From the IMG/VR virus record IMGVR_UViG_2585427738_000003: a stretch of DNA of 15,598 nt, one strand, 5' to 3'. This document shows, in pieces, positions 1 through 9,779 of this stretch. How positions within the stretch are numbered: the first letter of the stretch is position 1; each line of letters starts with the position of its first letter. Below the pieces are notes generated by a model. It ran no database searches and was not told the DNA's origin. It was given only the letters and a program-made list of their open reading frames with translations. Position numbers and translations under genes: made by a program. The stretch comes from a virus (lineage: Duplodnaviria; Heunggongvirae; Uroviricota; Caudoviricetes).

Positions 1-224
1 ACGCCTTACGGGGAGTGGCCGTAGGCCGGAAAAACTGGCTCTTCGCGGGTTCCGACAGCGGTGGCGAACATGCGGCGGTGTTGTACTCGCTGATCGGCAC
101 ATGCCGTCTGAACAATGTAGAGCCAGAAAAATGGCTGCGTTACGTTATTGAGCATATCCAGGACTGGCCGGCAAACCGGGTACGCGATCTGTTGCCCTGG
201 AAAGTTGATCTGACTTCTCAGTAA
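1..224 (+). pseudogene. IS66 transposase (TnpC) C-terminal fragment, copy 1, 5'-truncated at window edge
   Basis: Frame is open from position 3; the 69-aa track ORF begins at a GTG. About 96% identical at nucleotide level to 380-603. Confidence 0.7.
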
Positions 225-255
225 ATATCAATACGGTGACTGGATACAGCAACAG

Positions 256-603
256 ATGAAAACACTGTCGCGTCACTCAGATACGGCAAAAGCGTTCGCA
301 TACCTGCTGAAACAGTGGGATGCACTGAACGTGTACTGCAGTAATGGCTGGGTGGAAATCGACAACAACATCGCAGAGAACGCCTTACGGGGAGTGGCCG
401 TAGGCCGGAAAAAGTGGATGTTCGCGGGTTCCGACAGCGGTGGTGAACATGCGGCGGTGTTGTACTCGCTGATCGGCACATGCCGTCTGAACAATGTGGA
501 GCCAGAAAAGTGGCTGCGCTACGTCATTGAACATATCCAGGACTGGCCGGCAAACCGGGTACGCGATCTGTTGCCCTGGAAAGTTGATCTGAGCTCTCAG
601 TAA
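256..603 (+). pseudogene. IS66 transposase (TnpC) C-terminal fragment, copy 2
   Basis: 115-aa ORF containing internal TnpC sequence ([46 protein letters not shown]...) followed by the same C-terminus as copy 1. It starts at an internal Met just after the duplication junction at 237/238. Confidence 0.7.
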
Positions 604-616
604 ATATCAATACGGT
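380..616 (+). repeat. Direct repeat of 1-237 (partial tandem duplication of the tnpC 3' end, offset 379 bp)
   Basis: Positions 1-237 and 380-616 align with roughly ten mismatches. Copy 1 diverges at 238 back into internal tnpC sequence, while copy 2 continues into the putative IS terminus. Confidence 0.8.
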
Positions 617-991
617 TCTGACGAGCCGCTTACGGTGAAAATCATGTTTATTTATATATTTCAATTAATTGTAAACTGGTCTAATGACAGGGAGAAAAAA
701 ATATTGTACAGGTAAAAAGATAAATAACTTTTAATTATCAATAAATTACCAAACATGCTGCCGCCGCCATGGAAATGCAAAAACTAGCCTTTTTCCGCGA
801 CGCTCCCGCCCCGTGGCAGGGGCCCCCACCGGGAGGACCCGACAGCCTGACAGCCGTGATGAGCATCTGATACAGCGCTTTACATAATGGCATAGGAATA
901 ATTCAGAAGGACATCACAGCATGCCCACACAAATTAGTGTGAGTGTCCTGTTTCTTCCTACGCACAGGACTGACGAGCATGAGGGGAAAAT

Positions 992-1159
992 ATGCGAACC
1001 ATAAATGCCTCATCTTCAGCAATGCAACCGGCATCCGAACAGGACGATATTGTAAATTCACCTAATTACGAGGACATTGCAGTAGTTGAATTGCAGCTCT
1101 GTATTAGCCTGACAGTGACAGAATGCGATATTGACTCTGTCACAGGTGAAATAGTTTGA
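992..1159 (+). CDS. Candidate small ORF (55 aa), function unknown
   Basis: ATG at 992 preceded by GAGGGG about 6 nt upstream; encodes MRTINASSSAMQPASEQDDIVNSPNYEDIAVVELQLCISLTVTECDIDSVTGEIV; stop TGA 1157-1159. Below the track's 60-aa cut-off. I do not recognise the protein. Confidence 0.25.
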   Translation: MRTINASSSAMQPASEQDDIVNSPNYEDIAVVELQLCISLTVTECDIDSVTGEIV

Positions 1160-1179
1160 ATGATTAGCAGTTATGGTGC

Positions 1180-1386
1180 TCAGTCAACCACCAGGGAATA
1201 ATCCTTCGAATTCTTATCGTGCTTCACCAACGCTGCCTCAATTGCCCTGAATGCTTCCAGAGACACCTGATGTTCTATACATGCAATTACAACATCCGGG
1301 TAACTCATAGAAATGGTGCTATTAAGCATATTTTTTACACGAATCAGATCCAACGAGAGTTCATCAGCAGATTGTTCTTTATTCAT
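1180..1386 (-). CDS. Hypothetical small protein (68 aa)
   Basis: ATG at 1384-1386 with GGAG about 7 nt upstream on the minus strand; 68-aa track [23 protein letters not shown].... Sits where I recall a small unnamed gene upstream of ydfO in Qin; identity not recognised with certainty. Confidence 0.45.
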   Translation of the reverse strand: MNKEQSADELSLDLIRVKNMLNSTISMSYPDVVIACIEHQVSLEAFRAIEAALVKHDKNSKDYSLVVD

Positions 1387-1686
1387 TTTGTCGCTCCATG
1401 CGTTTGCTCGTCATCTAGCGGTTAAAATATTACTTCAAATCTTACTGCATAAAAGAGGAAAAGTATGAAAGTTTGAGTACATCGACCTTACATACATCTG
1501 TCGGTTGCATATCCCTCCTGGATGCCAGCAAGGCTCAATTTTGTTACGCAATCAACACTATTCATTAAAAACAGGCTTAATATTTGACATAAATCATCAA
1601 CAAAACACAAAGAGGTCAGACCAGATTGAAACAATAAACACGATAATGCTAACTACGCGCCATCGTATCACATGGAAGGTTTACCA

Positions 1687-2118
1687 ATGGCTCAGGCTGC
1701 CATTTTTAAAGAAATATTCGATCAAGTGCGTAAAGATTTAAACTGTGAATTATTTTATTCTGAGCTAAAACGTCACAATGTCTCACTTTATATTTACTAT
1801 TTAGCCACAGATAATATTCACATTGTGTTAGAAAACGACAACATAGTGTTAGTAAAAGGACTCAAAAAGGTTGTAAATGTTAAATTCTCCAGAAACAAAC
1901 ATCTTATAGAGACCTCCTATAATAAGTTGAAATCAAAAGAAATCACATTTCAACAATACAGGGAAAATCTTGCTAAAGCAGGAGTTTTCCGATGGGTTAC
2001 AAATATCCAGGAACACCAAAGATATTACTATGCCTTTGATAACTCATTACTATTTACTGAAAGCATCCAGAAAATTACTGAAAGCATCCAGAAAACTACA
2101 CAGATCTTACCACGCTAA
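1687..2118 (+). CDS. ydfO: YdfO-like protein (DUF1398 family), 143 aa
   Basis: Translation [33 protein letters not shown]... matches my recollection of Qin YdfO. Start chosen at the second ATG (1687), which has GGAAGG about 7 nt upstream; the track ORF starts at 1672. Contains a 21-bp in-frame tandem duplication at 2056-2097. Confidence 0.75.
   Translation: MAQAAIFKEIFDQVRKDLNCELFYSELKRHNVSLYIYYLATDNIHIVLENDNIVLVKGLKKVVNVKFSRNKHLIETSYNKLKSKEITFQQYRENLAKAGVFRWVTNIQEHQRYYYAFDNSLLFTESIQKITESIQKTTQILPR
2056..2097 (+). repeat. 21-bp tandem duplication inside ydfO (ACTGAAAGCATCCAGAAAATT / ACTGAAAGCATCCAGAAAACT)
   Basis: Two adjacent 21-nt units, 20/21 identical, encoding [14 protein letters not shown] in frame. 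Confidence 0.9.
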
Positions 2119-2269
2119 ACCATAACGTCCGGCTTCTCTCACTCCTGAGCCGGACTGCATTGGTTTAATAAAAACCATCAACAATTGTGATTTAGATATT
2201 CGGAACCATTCAAATATAACAAAACCCCGTAAAAACGAGGTTTATGGATAAATTTTATTATTGAATACA

Positions 2270-2443
2270 TCAGATTAAATTAATCTTGACATCATAGCTT
2301 TCAAGACCCGTCATTTTTTCCCGTGCGGTAAACTGAATACTGGTAACTTCTTTCCCGGTCTTTTTCTTAAGTTCAATAATTTTTTTTGTTATATATTCAG
2401 AAATATCTGCTTCTGCTTTTGTTTTTAAGTCTTCAATATTCAT
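2270..2443 (-). CDS. gnsB: GnsB-like small protein (57 aa)
   Basis: Hand translation of the minus strand gives M(M)NIEDLKTKAEADISEYITKKIIELKKKTGKEVTSIQFTAREKMTGLESYDVKINLI, closely resembling my recollection of GnsA/GnsB. GAGGAA precedes the ATG doublet; stop is TGA (TCA on + at 2270-2272). Missed by the ORF track because it is under 60 aa. The start may instead be the upstream ATG at 2446. Confidence 0.75.
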   Translation of the reverse strand: MNIEDLKTKAEADISEYITKKIIELKKKTGKEVTSIQFTAREKMTGLESYDVKINLI

Positions 2444-2614
2444 CATTTCCTCTTTTAGTCTGTTATGACTTTCCAGTTACACAGTAAGTCGATTATATGG
2501 TGCAAACGTGTAAAAGATAAGATGAAACATCGCAATAATCAACATACGATAGTCTAAATTTTACACAAACAGACAAAGAGAATTTTCCTGAATTATCAAT
2601 GCAATAGCATCAAA

Positions 2615-2845
2615 TCAACTCAAGAGCCTTATTGCTGCTTCCAGAATTTCTTCTGAAGTAACATGTCGATCCGCGGCTACATAAATGACTTTATGATCTC
2701 CGGTCAGAGATGGAAACCCTGCGGCCATTACAGTAAGGTGTGTTTTTTCGCCATTTGGATATTCACGCATGATGGTGTTAACTCCAGTCATCGCTGGCAC
2801 TACCACTGCTGGTTCAGAGTTAAAAAAAACTATGATTTTTTTCAT
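2615..2845 (-). CDS. ynfN: YnfN-like small protein (76 aa)
   Basis: Track ORF 2615-2887 starts at a TTG; the first ATG (2843-2845) gives MKKIIVFFNSEPAVVVPAMTGVNTIMREYPNGEKTHLTVMAAGFPSLTGDHK.... Position between gnsB and cspI matches the Qin order as I recall it. Confidence 0.6.
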   Translation of the reverse strand: MKKIIVFFNSEPAVVVPAMTGVNTIMREYPNGEKTHLTVMAAGFPSLTGDHKVIYVAADRHVTSEEILEAAIRLLS

Positions 2846-3116
2846 GATGTTACCGTAGTATGTGAGTATCCATCGAATAGACACCAAGCAAAAAAGCTCC
2901 CGAAGGAGCCTTCATTTTCACTTTTTTAAATCCAACGACAGACGGCTGGCATTTAAGTATTGTGAAATATTATCAAATGTAATCATCATTGATTTACAAA
3001 AGATACATTTTGCCCCGAAAGGATTCATGTCAGAAACATCAAAAGATGATGTTCTATACTGGGAACCATGACAACACGGGCATCTAAAGTGAATATGGTT
3101 TGTAATATTGTCTACC

Positions 3117-3329
3117 TCAAAGCGCCACTACATGAACAGCGGCAGGACCTTTAGGTCCGTTCTCAATACCAAATTCAACTTCCTGATTCTCAGTTAATGT
3201 TTTGAAATCGTTGCTCTGAATTGCTGAGAAATGGACAAACACATCTTTGCTGCCATCTTTCGGCGTGATGAAACCAAAACCTTTTTCAGGGTTAAACCAT
3301 TTCACTAAACCAGTCATTTTGTTAGACAT
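3117..3329 (-). CDS. cspI: Cold-shock protein CspI (CspA family, 70 aa)
   Basis: [70 protein letters not shown] carries the canonical RNP motifs (KGFGFI, VFVHF). AAGG lies upstream of the ATG; about 360 bp of non-coding sequence lies upstream, consistent with a long cold-shock leader. Confidence 0.9.
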   Translation of the reverse strand: MSNKMTGLVKWFNPEKGFGFITPKDGSKDVFVHFSAIQSNDFKTLTENQEVEFGIENGPKGPAAVHVVAL

Positions 3330-3690
3330 AATTATTACCTTTTGAAGAAATTAGCCCTTGGGCAGAATGGTCCGAAAAAAATATCAGAGAGAAAAACCAA
3401 CAAGGAAATCTCAAGAGGTACAAATAATAAAATTATAACAATGACTGCTTCAGATAAATTTGTAACAAACCAGAACACCATTAACGCATGATTAACCACC
3501 CATAGCAAGGATTACTTTTGTAAAGAAAAACACAGCAATGAAAGAATAGCTTTATTTATTAATAAAACGTGTCATTCTGATTAAGACCTTTTATCTTACC
3601 CTTAAGATTTCAGGAATTTTGGCTCATGGAAGAGTCCTTTTTATTCAAATTTTACATTCCGCGATGTAAATGTTCCGATTTAATATTACC

Positions 3691-4714
<1,024 letters not shown>

Positions 4715-4718
<4 letters not shown>

Positions 4719-5026
4719 AGATATTTATGATGAGGACGCTCGTGCTTATTGGCAGGATTTTCAATCTTAAAGGAGTACTGATGCTGCAGATAAGACTCAA
4801 CTTTTTCTGACAATTTTTCTGCTACTTCCAGGAAGACTTGCCGGACGCTCCTTCTGGCTGCTGCCTCATAAAACTCCAGCGCAGCTCCTTCAACACGGTC
4901 CATGGCGACATCCAGGTCAAAAATTTCACCGTCAAAGCGTTCTTTGTCCTGTAAGGCTACAGTTACCGTAACTTTATTCTCAAAATTACGGACTCCTTTC
5001 ACAACCAGTTCATAGTCTTGAGTCAT
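4715..5026 (-). CDS. ydfR: YdfR-like protein (103 aa), unknown function, between holin and endolysin
   Basis: 103-aa ORF MTQDYELVVKGVRNFENKVTVTVALQDKERFDGEIFDLDVAMDRVEG...; position matches the Qin lysis cassette as I recall it; 4-nt overlap with the rrrQ start. Confidence 0.65.
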
Positions 5027-5030
5027 TGGA

Positions 5031-5246
5031 TTACTCTCCTCTCGCAGCCTTACGCCTGTCTTCTTTAATCTTGAAATAAAGATTTGTCAGATACGTCAGC
5101 AGGCCAAAAACCAGGCTACCCAGCACACCGATTGCAGCCCACTGTGACGGAGTTACTTTATCGAGTAACTGCAATGCCCAGAAACCAGCATTACCCGCCG
5201 ATGTGCCATAGGCAACACCTGTTGTTAACTTATCCATTGATTTCAT
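5031..5246 (-). CDS. essQ: Class II holin / pinholin (phage 21 S-like) with dual-start motif, 71 aa
   Basis: [71 protein letters not shown] has two transmembrane segments and a charged C-terminus. Met1-Lys-Ser-Met4 is the classic antiholin/holin dual start. GAGG lies about 5 nt upstream of the ATG at 5246. The track ORF is longer (96 aa, starting 5321). Confidence 0.8.
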   Translation of the reverse strand: MKSMDKLTTGVAYGTSAGNAGFWALQLLDKVTPSQWAAIGVLGSLVFGLLTYLTNLYFKIKEDRRKAARGE

Positions 5247-5465
5247 ATCCTCACCCCGATGTACACGGATGGTGCAATATGTTTGAAAAGATCGGAGTCT
5301 ACGGGGTAGTTTTGACAGCACACGTTGTTCTCAACGGCGCTAAAAAAACATACACATTAAAAATGTGGGTAATTATTTTGAAAGAAAGTCATATATAAAA
5401 TAATAATACGAGAAATGTTTTCATATTTAGTGTACTGTATACGGCCATTTATACAGGAAAAGCCT

Positions 5466-5636
5466 ATGTCAGAACGTAAAAACTCAAAATCACGCCGTAA
5501 TTATCTCGTTAAATGTTCCTGCCCAAACTGCACCCAAGAGTCAGAACACAGTTTTTCAAGAGTACAAAAAGGTGCCCTTTTGATCTGCCCTCATTGCAAC
5601 AAAGTATTCCAGACAAATCTTAAAGCTGTAGCCTGA
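5466..5636 (+). CDS. Small zinc-ribbon protein (56 aa; CxxC...CxxC), possibly YdfK/YnaE-like
   Basis: ATG at 5466 with AGGAAAAG just upstream; MSERKNSKSRRNYLVKCSCPNCTQESEHSFSRVQKGALLICPHCNKVFQTNLKAVA has CPNC and CPHC pairs. The track ORF starts earlier (5415) without a ribosome-binding site. Family assignment is tentative. Confidence 0.5.
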   Translation: MSERKNSKSRRNYLVKCSCPNCTQESEHSFSRVQKGALLICPHCNKVFQTNLKAVA

Positions 5637-5694
5637 TTGATTTTATTAGTAACAAGTATTTTTTATATTTTAATAATATATTTAAAGCAGATAA

Positions 5695-5720
5695 TAAAAA
5701 ACCCGCCTGAGCGGGTTTGA
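5695..5720. terminator. Bidirectional rho-independent terminator-like hairpin
   Basis: AAAAAA-ACCCGC-CTGA-GCGGGT-TTT; the T-run is stronger on the minus strand (reverse complement ends in TTTTTT). Confidence 0.55.
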
Positions 5721-5999
5721 GATTGTGGTGCTTTTTGTGGGAGTCATCCACTTACGCACTTTGTTTTGCCATGCCAGCAGTTAGCTTCTGCTGTAAAACT
5801 ATTCATGCAGCAAACCTGCACTTCACCACAATGGTTAGCATACTTTTCCTGATTAAGATTTTGCCAAATATGCTAGCCATTGTTTCATGTATTGGACCTC
5901 CTTACTTTTTATTAAAGAGATCCAATATTCACTACTCTGTCCGTATCTCTACTCAGGCATCAGCCTTCTTCGTTATCGTATACAGACGAGCGATGAATT

Positions 6000-6215
6000 T
6001 TAATCAGTAATGATGACATTTGCTGCTGCAGGACCTTTAGCACCACTCTCTATAGAGAAGGTAACCTTTTGACCTTCAAATAAGGTTCGATAATTATCAT
6101 TCTGAATCGCAGAAAAATGCACAAACACATCTTTACTACCATCAACAGGAGAAATAAAGCCGAAACCTTTATCAGCGTTAAACCATTTTACTAAACCAGT
6201 CATTTTATTTGACAT
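6000..6215 (-). CDS. cspB: Cold-shock protein CspB (71 aa)
   Basis: [71 protein letters not shown] is a canonical CspA-family sequence; divergent from cspF across a roughly 300-bp region. Confidence 0.9.
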   Translation of the reverse strand: MSNKMTGLVKWFNADKGFGFISPVDGSKDVFVHFSAIQNDNYRTLFEGQKVTFSIESGAKGPAAANVIITD

Positions 6216-6515
6216 TCTACATTCCTTAACTTGAGCCTTTCGGCATAAATGGTTTGCATAACAGAAACGACTTCGTACTTAATTGGAGAGACTCAAAGAA
6301 GGAATAAGTGAATAACACCTGAAATGAGAACTGCTTTAGTAAACTACTTCGTATATCGTCTGTTCTTCAAACCGACGCAATCATTAACGCATAGTTGAAC
6401 ATATGAAGCAATGTTTATTTTAGACATCCAGCCATCTTCAACCCCATCAAAAAACTATAGCTTTCTTCAGGAACGTGTGTATAGTGCGCCAAGTTATCAG
6501 TATTAAGGAATTTTT

Positions 6516-6728
6516 TTGTCCCGTAAAATGACAGGAATTGTCAAAACCTTTGACGGCAAAAGCGGCAAGGGTCTTATCACCCCATCCGATGGTCGTATCG
6601 ATGTCCAGCTTCATGTTTCAGCGCTCAATCTCCGCGATGCAGAAGAAATTACCACCGGATTACGCGTGGAATTTTGCCGGATAAATGGTCTGCGTGGCCC
6701 TTCAGCTGCCAATGTTTACCTTTCATGA
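6516..6728 (+). CDS. cspF: Cold-shock-like protein CspF (70 aa), divergent CspA-family member
   Basis: [70 protein letters not shown] has a CspA-like fold signature with degenerate RNP motifs. Confidence 0.85.
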
Positions 6729-7020
6729 GCTATATTAAAGCTTTAATTTCAGGCCCCATCGGATCACACATGGAGAGTTTTTATGAATAACCCCGTCTGT
6801 CTTGATGACTGGTTGATTGGCTTTAAAAGCTTATGCTGTACTTTGGCCGTAATAGCTCTGCTAATAATATAATAAGCAGACTCATTGTGTTTAGGGACAT
6901 TGTACTGGAAGAAAACATTTTAAACATCAGGCAAATAACCAAGTCACCAGCTAAATAATAAGTTAACAGACATGAGTCCCGGGATGAGATTCAACATTAC
7001 CATTGCCCCATTTAAAGCAC

Positions 7021-7044
7021 AAAACCCGCTCATCAGCGGGTTTT
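7021..7044. terminator. Bidirectional rho-independent terminator-like hairpin between cspF and quuQ
   Basis: AAAACCCGCTCATCAGCGGGTTTT followed by a T-rich run on the + strand and a T-run on the reverse complement. Confidence 0.55.
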
Positions 7045-7149
7045 CTACTTTTTCTTAACGTCGGGTATACAAAGCCCATCGTTGAAAAAATTTTATCCAT
7101 ATTTTTTGAAAAATGCAAACATCATGTCGCCATCTTCAGCAAAAATCAT

Positions 7150-7902
7150 TTATCTCGTCACCTTCCTCAATTGCGCTTCCGCGTATGCTTCTTCCTGCCA
7201 GCACTTTGTTACCAGTTTACCAATGACGTCCGCATACCCCTTATACCACTGATAATCGGTCAGGTCTGGTACCAGCTTCTGGACATGACGTCGTGCCAGC
7301 GTGGTCGGTAAACGACTAAACCGGTTTCCATTACAACGCCCACAAATCTTATATACCGGTACGCCATGAAACCGGGTTCTTTTTTCATCCAGAACAATCC
7401 CTTTACCCTTACACCCTCTGCACGCTGTGCTGGCTTCGCCCTTACCATGGCAATGCTGACATAGTTCCTTCACCCATTCTTCCTTGATTACAGATTCCCC
7501 GCGTCTGTAGTGTTTCACCACTTCGCGCAATACATTATAAAATCCCGTACCTGAACAATGCTCACAGCGAGCCTTACTTGCCGCAGACCTGGAGTAATCA
7601 GCAAAGGCAAAACTCACGAGGTAAGGAATAATCTGTAACCGGATTTCTTCACTCAATTTGTTCAATGTCGGGTTATCCAGTGCCATCGCGTAATTTAGCA
7701 GGCCTTCAATCGCAAACTGAGGGTCCTGAACACCAACTTTTGCCAGAAATAAGGCCAACCCAAGTGGTGCTTTCGACTGCACCATCCCCTGCGCTGCCAT
7801 TACATCCGTAATTGTTAAACAACCGGTGCCTGTCGCTGGAGCGTCATCGCTCAATTTTGGAGATTTTGGGGAGTAATATTTTGGTAAGGCTTCAAGGTTC
7901 AT
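7150..7902 (-). CDS. quuQ: Late-gene antiterminator Q (phage 82/21-type), 250 aa
   Basis: Start at the ATG at 7900-7902 (MNLEALPKYY...) with GGAG about 9 nt upstream; the track ORF starts earlier. Multiple CxxC pairs (CEHCSGTG, CQHCHGKG, CRGCKGKG, CGRCNGN) fit the Q zinc-binding region. Located upstream of the lysis cassette on the same strand. Confidence 0.8.
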   Translation of the reverse strand: MNLEALPKYYSPKSPKLSDDAPATGTGCLTITDVMAAQGMVQSKAPLGLALFLAKVGVQDPQFAIEGLLNYAMALDNPTLNKLSEEIRLQIIPYLVSFAFADYSRSAASKARCEHCSGTGFYNVLREVVKHYRRGESVIKEEWVKELCQHCHGKGEASTACRGCKGKGIVLDEKRTRFHGVPVYKICGRCNGNRFSRLPTTLARRHVQKLVPDLTDYQWYKGYADVIGKLVTKCWQEEAYAEAQLRKVTR

Positions 7903-7915
7903 GCTCGTTCTCCAC

Positions 7916-8965
7916 TTACGCCAGTACGCCAATTGCCAGCGCGCGATCGATAAAACGAAATATCAGCTCCAGTTGGGAGCCATACTTATCTTCAAATGCC
8001 ACTGTATCCGTATGCAGCTCGTTGTGATGCTTTCTGCACAAAGGCAACACAAAGAGATCATGTGCTTTTGTTCCCATTCCGCCCTGCCCGTGACCAATCA
8101 GATGATGCGGATCGTCGGCTGGCATACCGCAGCAAGCACACGGCTGTGTCTTAACCCAACGTGTGTATTTCTCCTTAACCCAGCGGCGACGTTTAGGCAG
8201 CTTCATGAAAGATTCCGGAGACTCTGGATCAACGGTGATGCTTACCACCGTCTTTTCCTGTGGTGATTTTTGTTGCTGGTGGGCGTAAGGCAACGGTGCA
8301 AGATTTTTTGTGCGTTGTTTCAATATGCTGGTGGCGGTCTGCTCTCCCGGTACGATGTCGCTTTCGCGGTACACCGAGCAGATTTTTTCCGCTGGTAATC
8401 CCAGCGAACGACGCGATACAGCCTCAGGTAGTGCATCCACCACCTGATTGCAGACCGCCCACCAGGATAATTCAGCCAAAGATAATTCCCGCTCCTGCGT
8501 ACCGCTTATTGCGTGACGGATGACGTCAATCACCCATGCTGTCAGATTTTGTTGAGCAAGCAGCTCCAGTGATTCCGATGTCTGGTCACGCAGTTGGTTG
8601 TCGCAGTGCCAGCACAACACCATTGCGCCGGTACCATAACGGTGAATGACTGTTTCAGTGTGATGGTAATCGCCATTAGGCCACTGGCAGGATGTAACAT
8701 GACGTAATAGCCAGTCGGACAATGCGCCAACGCCGCCAGCAGCACGAATCACCCGTTCGTTACTAAAAAACGGCAGCAATGTTTTGTCTTCCGCCATCGG
8801 CTGGCGAACGGCAGGAACGACTCCGGATGGCAGATTACGCATGCTTTTTGGTTCCGGTTCCACCAGCACTCGAGGATTATGAAATATCTGTATGGATTCA
8901 CGGCCCGGCTTAAGGACCACCAGCCCAAGCTCAGGCACCAGAACAGGTCTAAGTAATACCCGCAC
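7916..8965 (-). CDS. ydfU: YdfU-like protein (DUF968) with C-terminal HNH-like motif, 349 aa, probable GTG start
   Basis: Track ORF begins at a GTG at 9004. I place the start at the in-frame GTG at 8963-8965 because GGAGG lies 5 nt upstream and it sits 1 nt after the rem stop (translational coupling); this gives 349 aa. C-terminus CACCGMPADDPHHLIGHG...PLCRKHHNELH resembles an HNH nuclease motif. Confidence 0.7.
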   Translation of the reverse strand: MRVLLRPVLVPELGLVVLKPGRESIQIFHNPRVLVEPEPKSMRNLPSGVVPAVRQPMAEDKTLLPFFSNERVIRAAGGVGALSDWLLRHVTSCQWPNGDYHHTETVIHRYGTGAMVLCWHCDNQLRDQTSESLELLAQQNLTAWVIDVIRHAISGTQERELSLAELSWWAVCNQVVDALPEAVSRRSLGLPAEKICSVYRESDIVPGEQTATSILKQRTKNLAPLPYAHQQQKSPQEKTVVSITVDPESPESFMKLPKRRRWVKEKYTRWVKTQPCACCGMPADDPHHLIGHGQGGMGTKAHDLFVLPLCRKHHNELHTDTVAFEDKYGSQLELIFRFIDRALAIGVLA

Positions 8966-8966
8966 G

Positions 8967-9245
8967 TTACCTCCAGATCCGTTGCTGGAAAGTGCGGGAC
9001 GCACGTGGTGGGCGTTCGGAATAAGGCAGCCTGACAGAGATTATCCAGTGCCGATAGTCGAGACTGAGAGCTTTCTTAACCTCGAACCCGCGCCTGCGGT
9101 AAGAATGAATCAGCCATTCGGCCTGTTCTGCAGTGCATGGAGGGTGCTGGAACCATTCAGACTTGAATGCGTGAGAATACCGCCCGTGCGTGCAGGCAAG
9201 AACGGGCGAATTATCAGAATTGTAATATTTTGCGTTGCGTGCCAT
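8967..9245 (-). CDS. rem: Rem-like small protein (92 aa), unknown function
   Basis: ATG at 9243-9245; MARNAKYYNSDNSPVLACTHGRYSHAFKSEWFQHPPCTAEQAEWLIHSYRRRGFEVKK...; stop TAA 8967-8969 immediately precedes the ydfU start. Confidence 0.65.
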   Translation of the reverse strand: MARNAKYYNSDNSPVLACTHGRYSHAFKSEWFQHPPCTAEQAEWLIHSYRRRGFEVKKALSLDYRHWIISVRLPYSERPPRASRTFQQRIWR

Positions 9246-9311
9246 CGGTTTTCTCCGGTGGCACGGTGTTACTCAGCGGGAGTTCAGCCCCGCGCAAGAT
9301 TGTAGATGAGT

Positions 9312-9563
9312 TTATTCTCCTGAAAAAGCAGAAAAGCCAGCTTTTATTCCGATCTCTTTCAATGCCTGTAATGAAGTGACAAACTCACCTTCGCGCAAGA
9401 TAAATCCGTCCGTGACCCGAGCATCCACAAAATTAATTAACGCAGCCCCATTCTTTCGCAAACACATAATGCGGTAATGACTAACAAGATTTCCATTTTC
9501 AACGCACACAGCATAGAGGCCATCTTCACAAAAAATTTTACGCAGTTCTTCGATGTTCATCAT
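9312..9563 (-). CDS. Hypothetical protein (83 aa)
   Basis: ATG-ATG start at 9558-9563 with GGAAGGA upstream on the minus strand; MMNIEELRKIFCEDGLYAVCVENGNLVSHYRIMCLRKNGAALINFVDARVTDGFILREGEFVTSLQALKEIGIKAGFSAFSGE. I do not recognise the family. Confidence 0.5.
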   Translation of the reverse strand: MMNIEELRKIFCEDGLYAVCVENGNLVSHYRIMCLRKNGAALINFVDARVTDGFILREGEFVTSLQALKEIGIKAGFSAFSGE

Positions 9564-9680
9564 CAGAATCCTTCCGGATAATTAGCTCTCCCCTTTAAGG
9601 GACCATCCCTCTTATCCCTGCGCGCTACTTAAGTATTTTTGATTCTATTCCGGCACCGTCCAGAACTTCAAACGCGTTGA

Positions 9681-9711
9681 AAATAAAAACAAAAACCCGC
9701 CGAAGCGGGTT
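9681..9711 (-). terminator. Rho-independent terminator downstream of hokD (end of the relB-relE-hokD transcript)
   Basis: On the minus strand: AACCCGC-TTCG-GCGGGTT followed by TTTTGTTTTTATTTT. Confidence 0.6.
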
Positions 9712-9779
9712 AAGTGCGGGTGCGTTGAGGATGCCTGCCACATCAGAGGTGGCGAGGGATTTCTCCCCCGCCGGGTCTC

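Larger units (their letters stand above)
1..633 (+). mobile_element. IS66-family insertion sequence remnant (3' end of the transposase gene plus putative right terminus), internally rearranged
   Basis: Translations 15-224 and 256-603 both end ...[63 protein letters not shown], which I recognise as the C-terminus of IS66-family TnpC. The sequence GAGCCGCTTAC ending at 633 resembles the reverse complement of an IS66-type terminal repeat (GTAAGCG...). No intact tnpA/tnpB/tnpC is present in the window. Confidence 0.7.

Noticed and set aside
218-494. Minus-strand ORFs (87 and 73 aa) inside the IS66 transposase fragments
   Set aside because: Antisense to recognisable transposase coding sequence; no supporting signals.
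5717-6010. 97-aa plus-strand ORF downstream of the terminator hairpin, overlapping the cspB 3' end
   Set aside because: Begins inside the terminator, has no ribosome-binding site and overlaps the cspB stop region; composition is not protein-like.
7003-9379. Numerous plus-strand ORFs (62-137 aa) across quuQ, ydfU and rem
   Set aside because: All are antisense or out of frame relative to three well-supported minus-strand genes that fill the interval.
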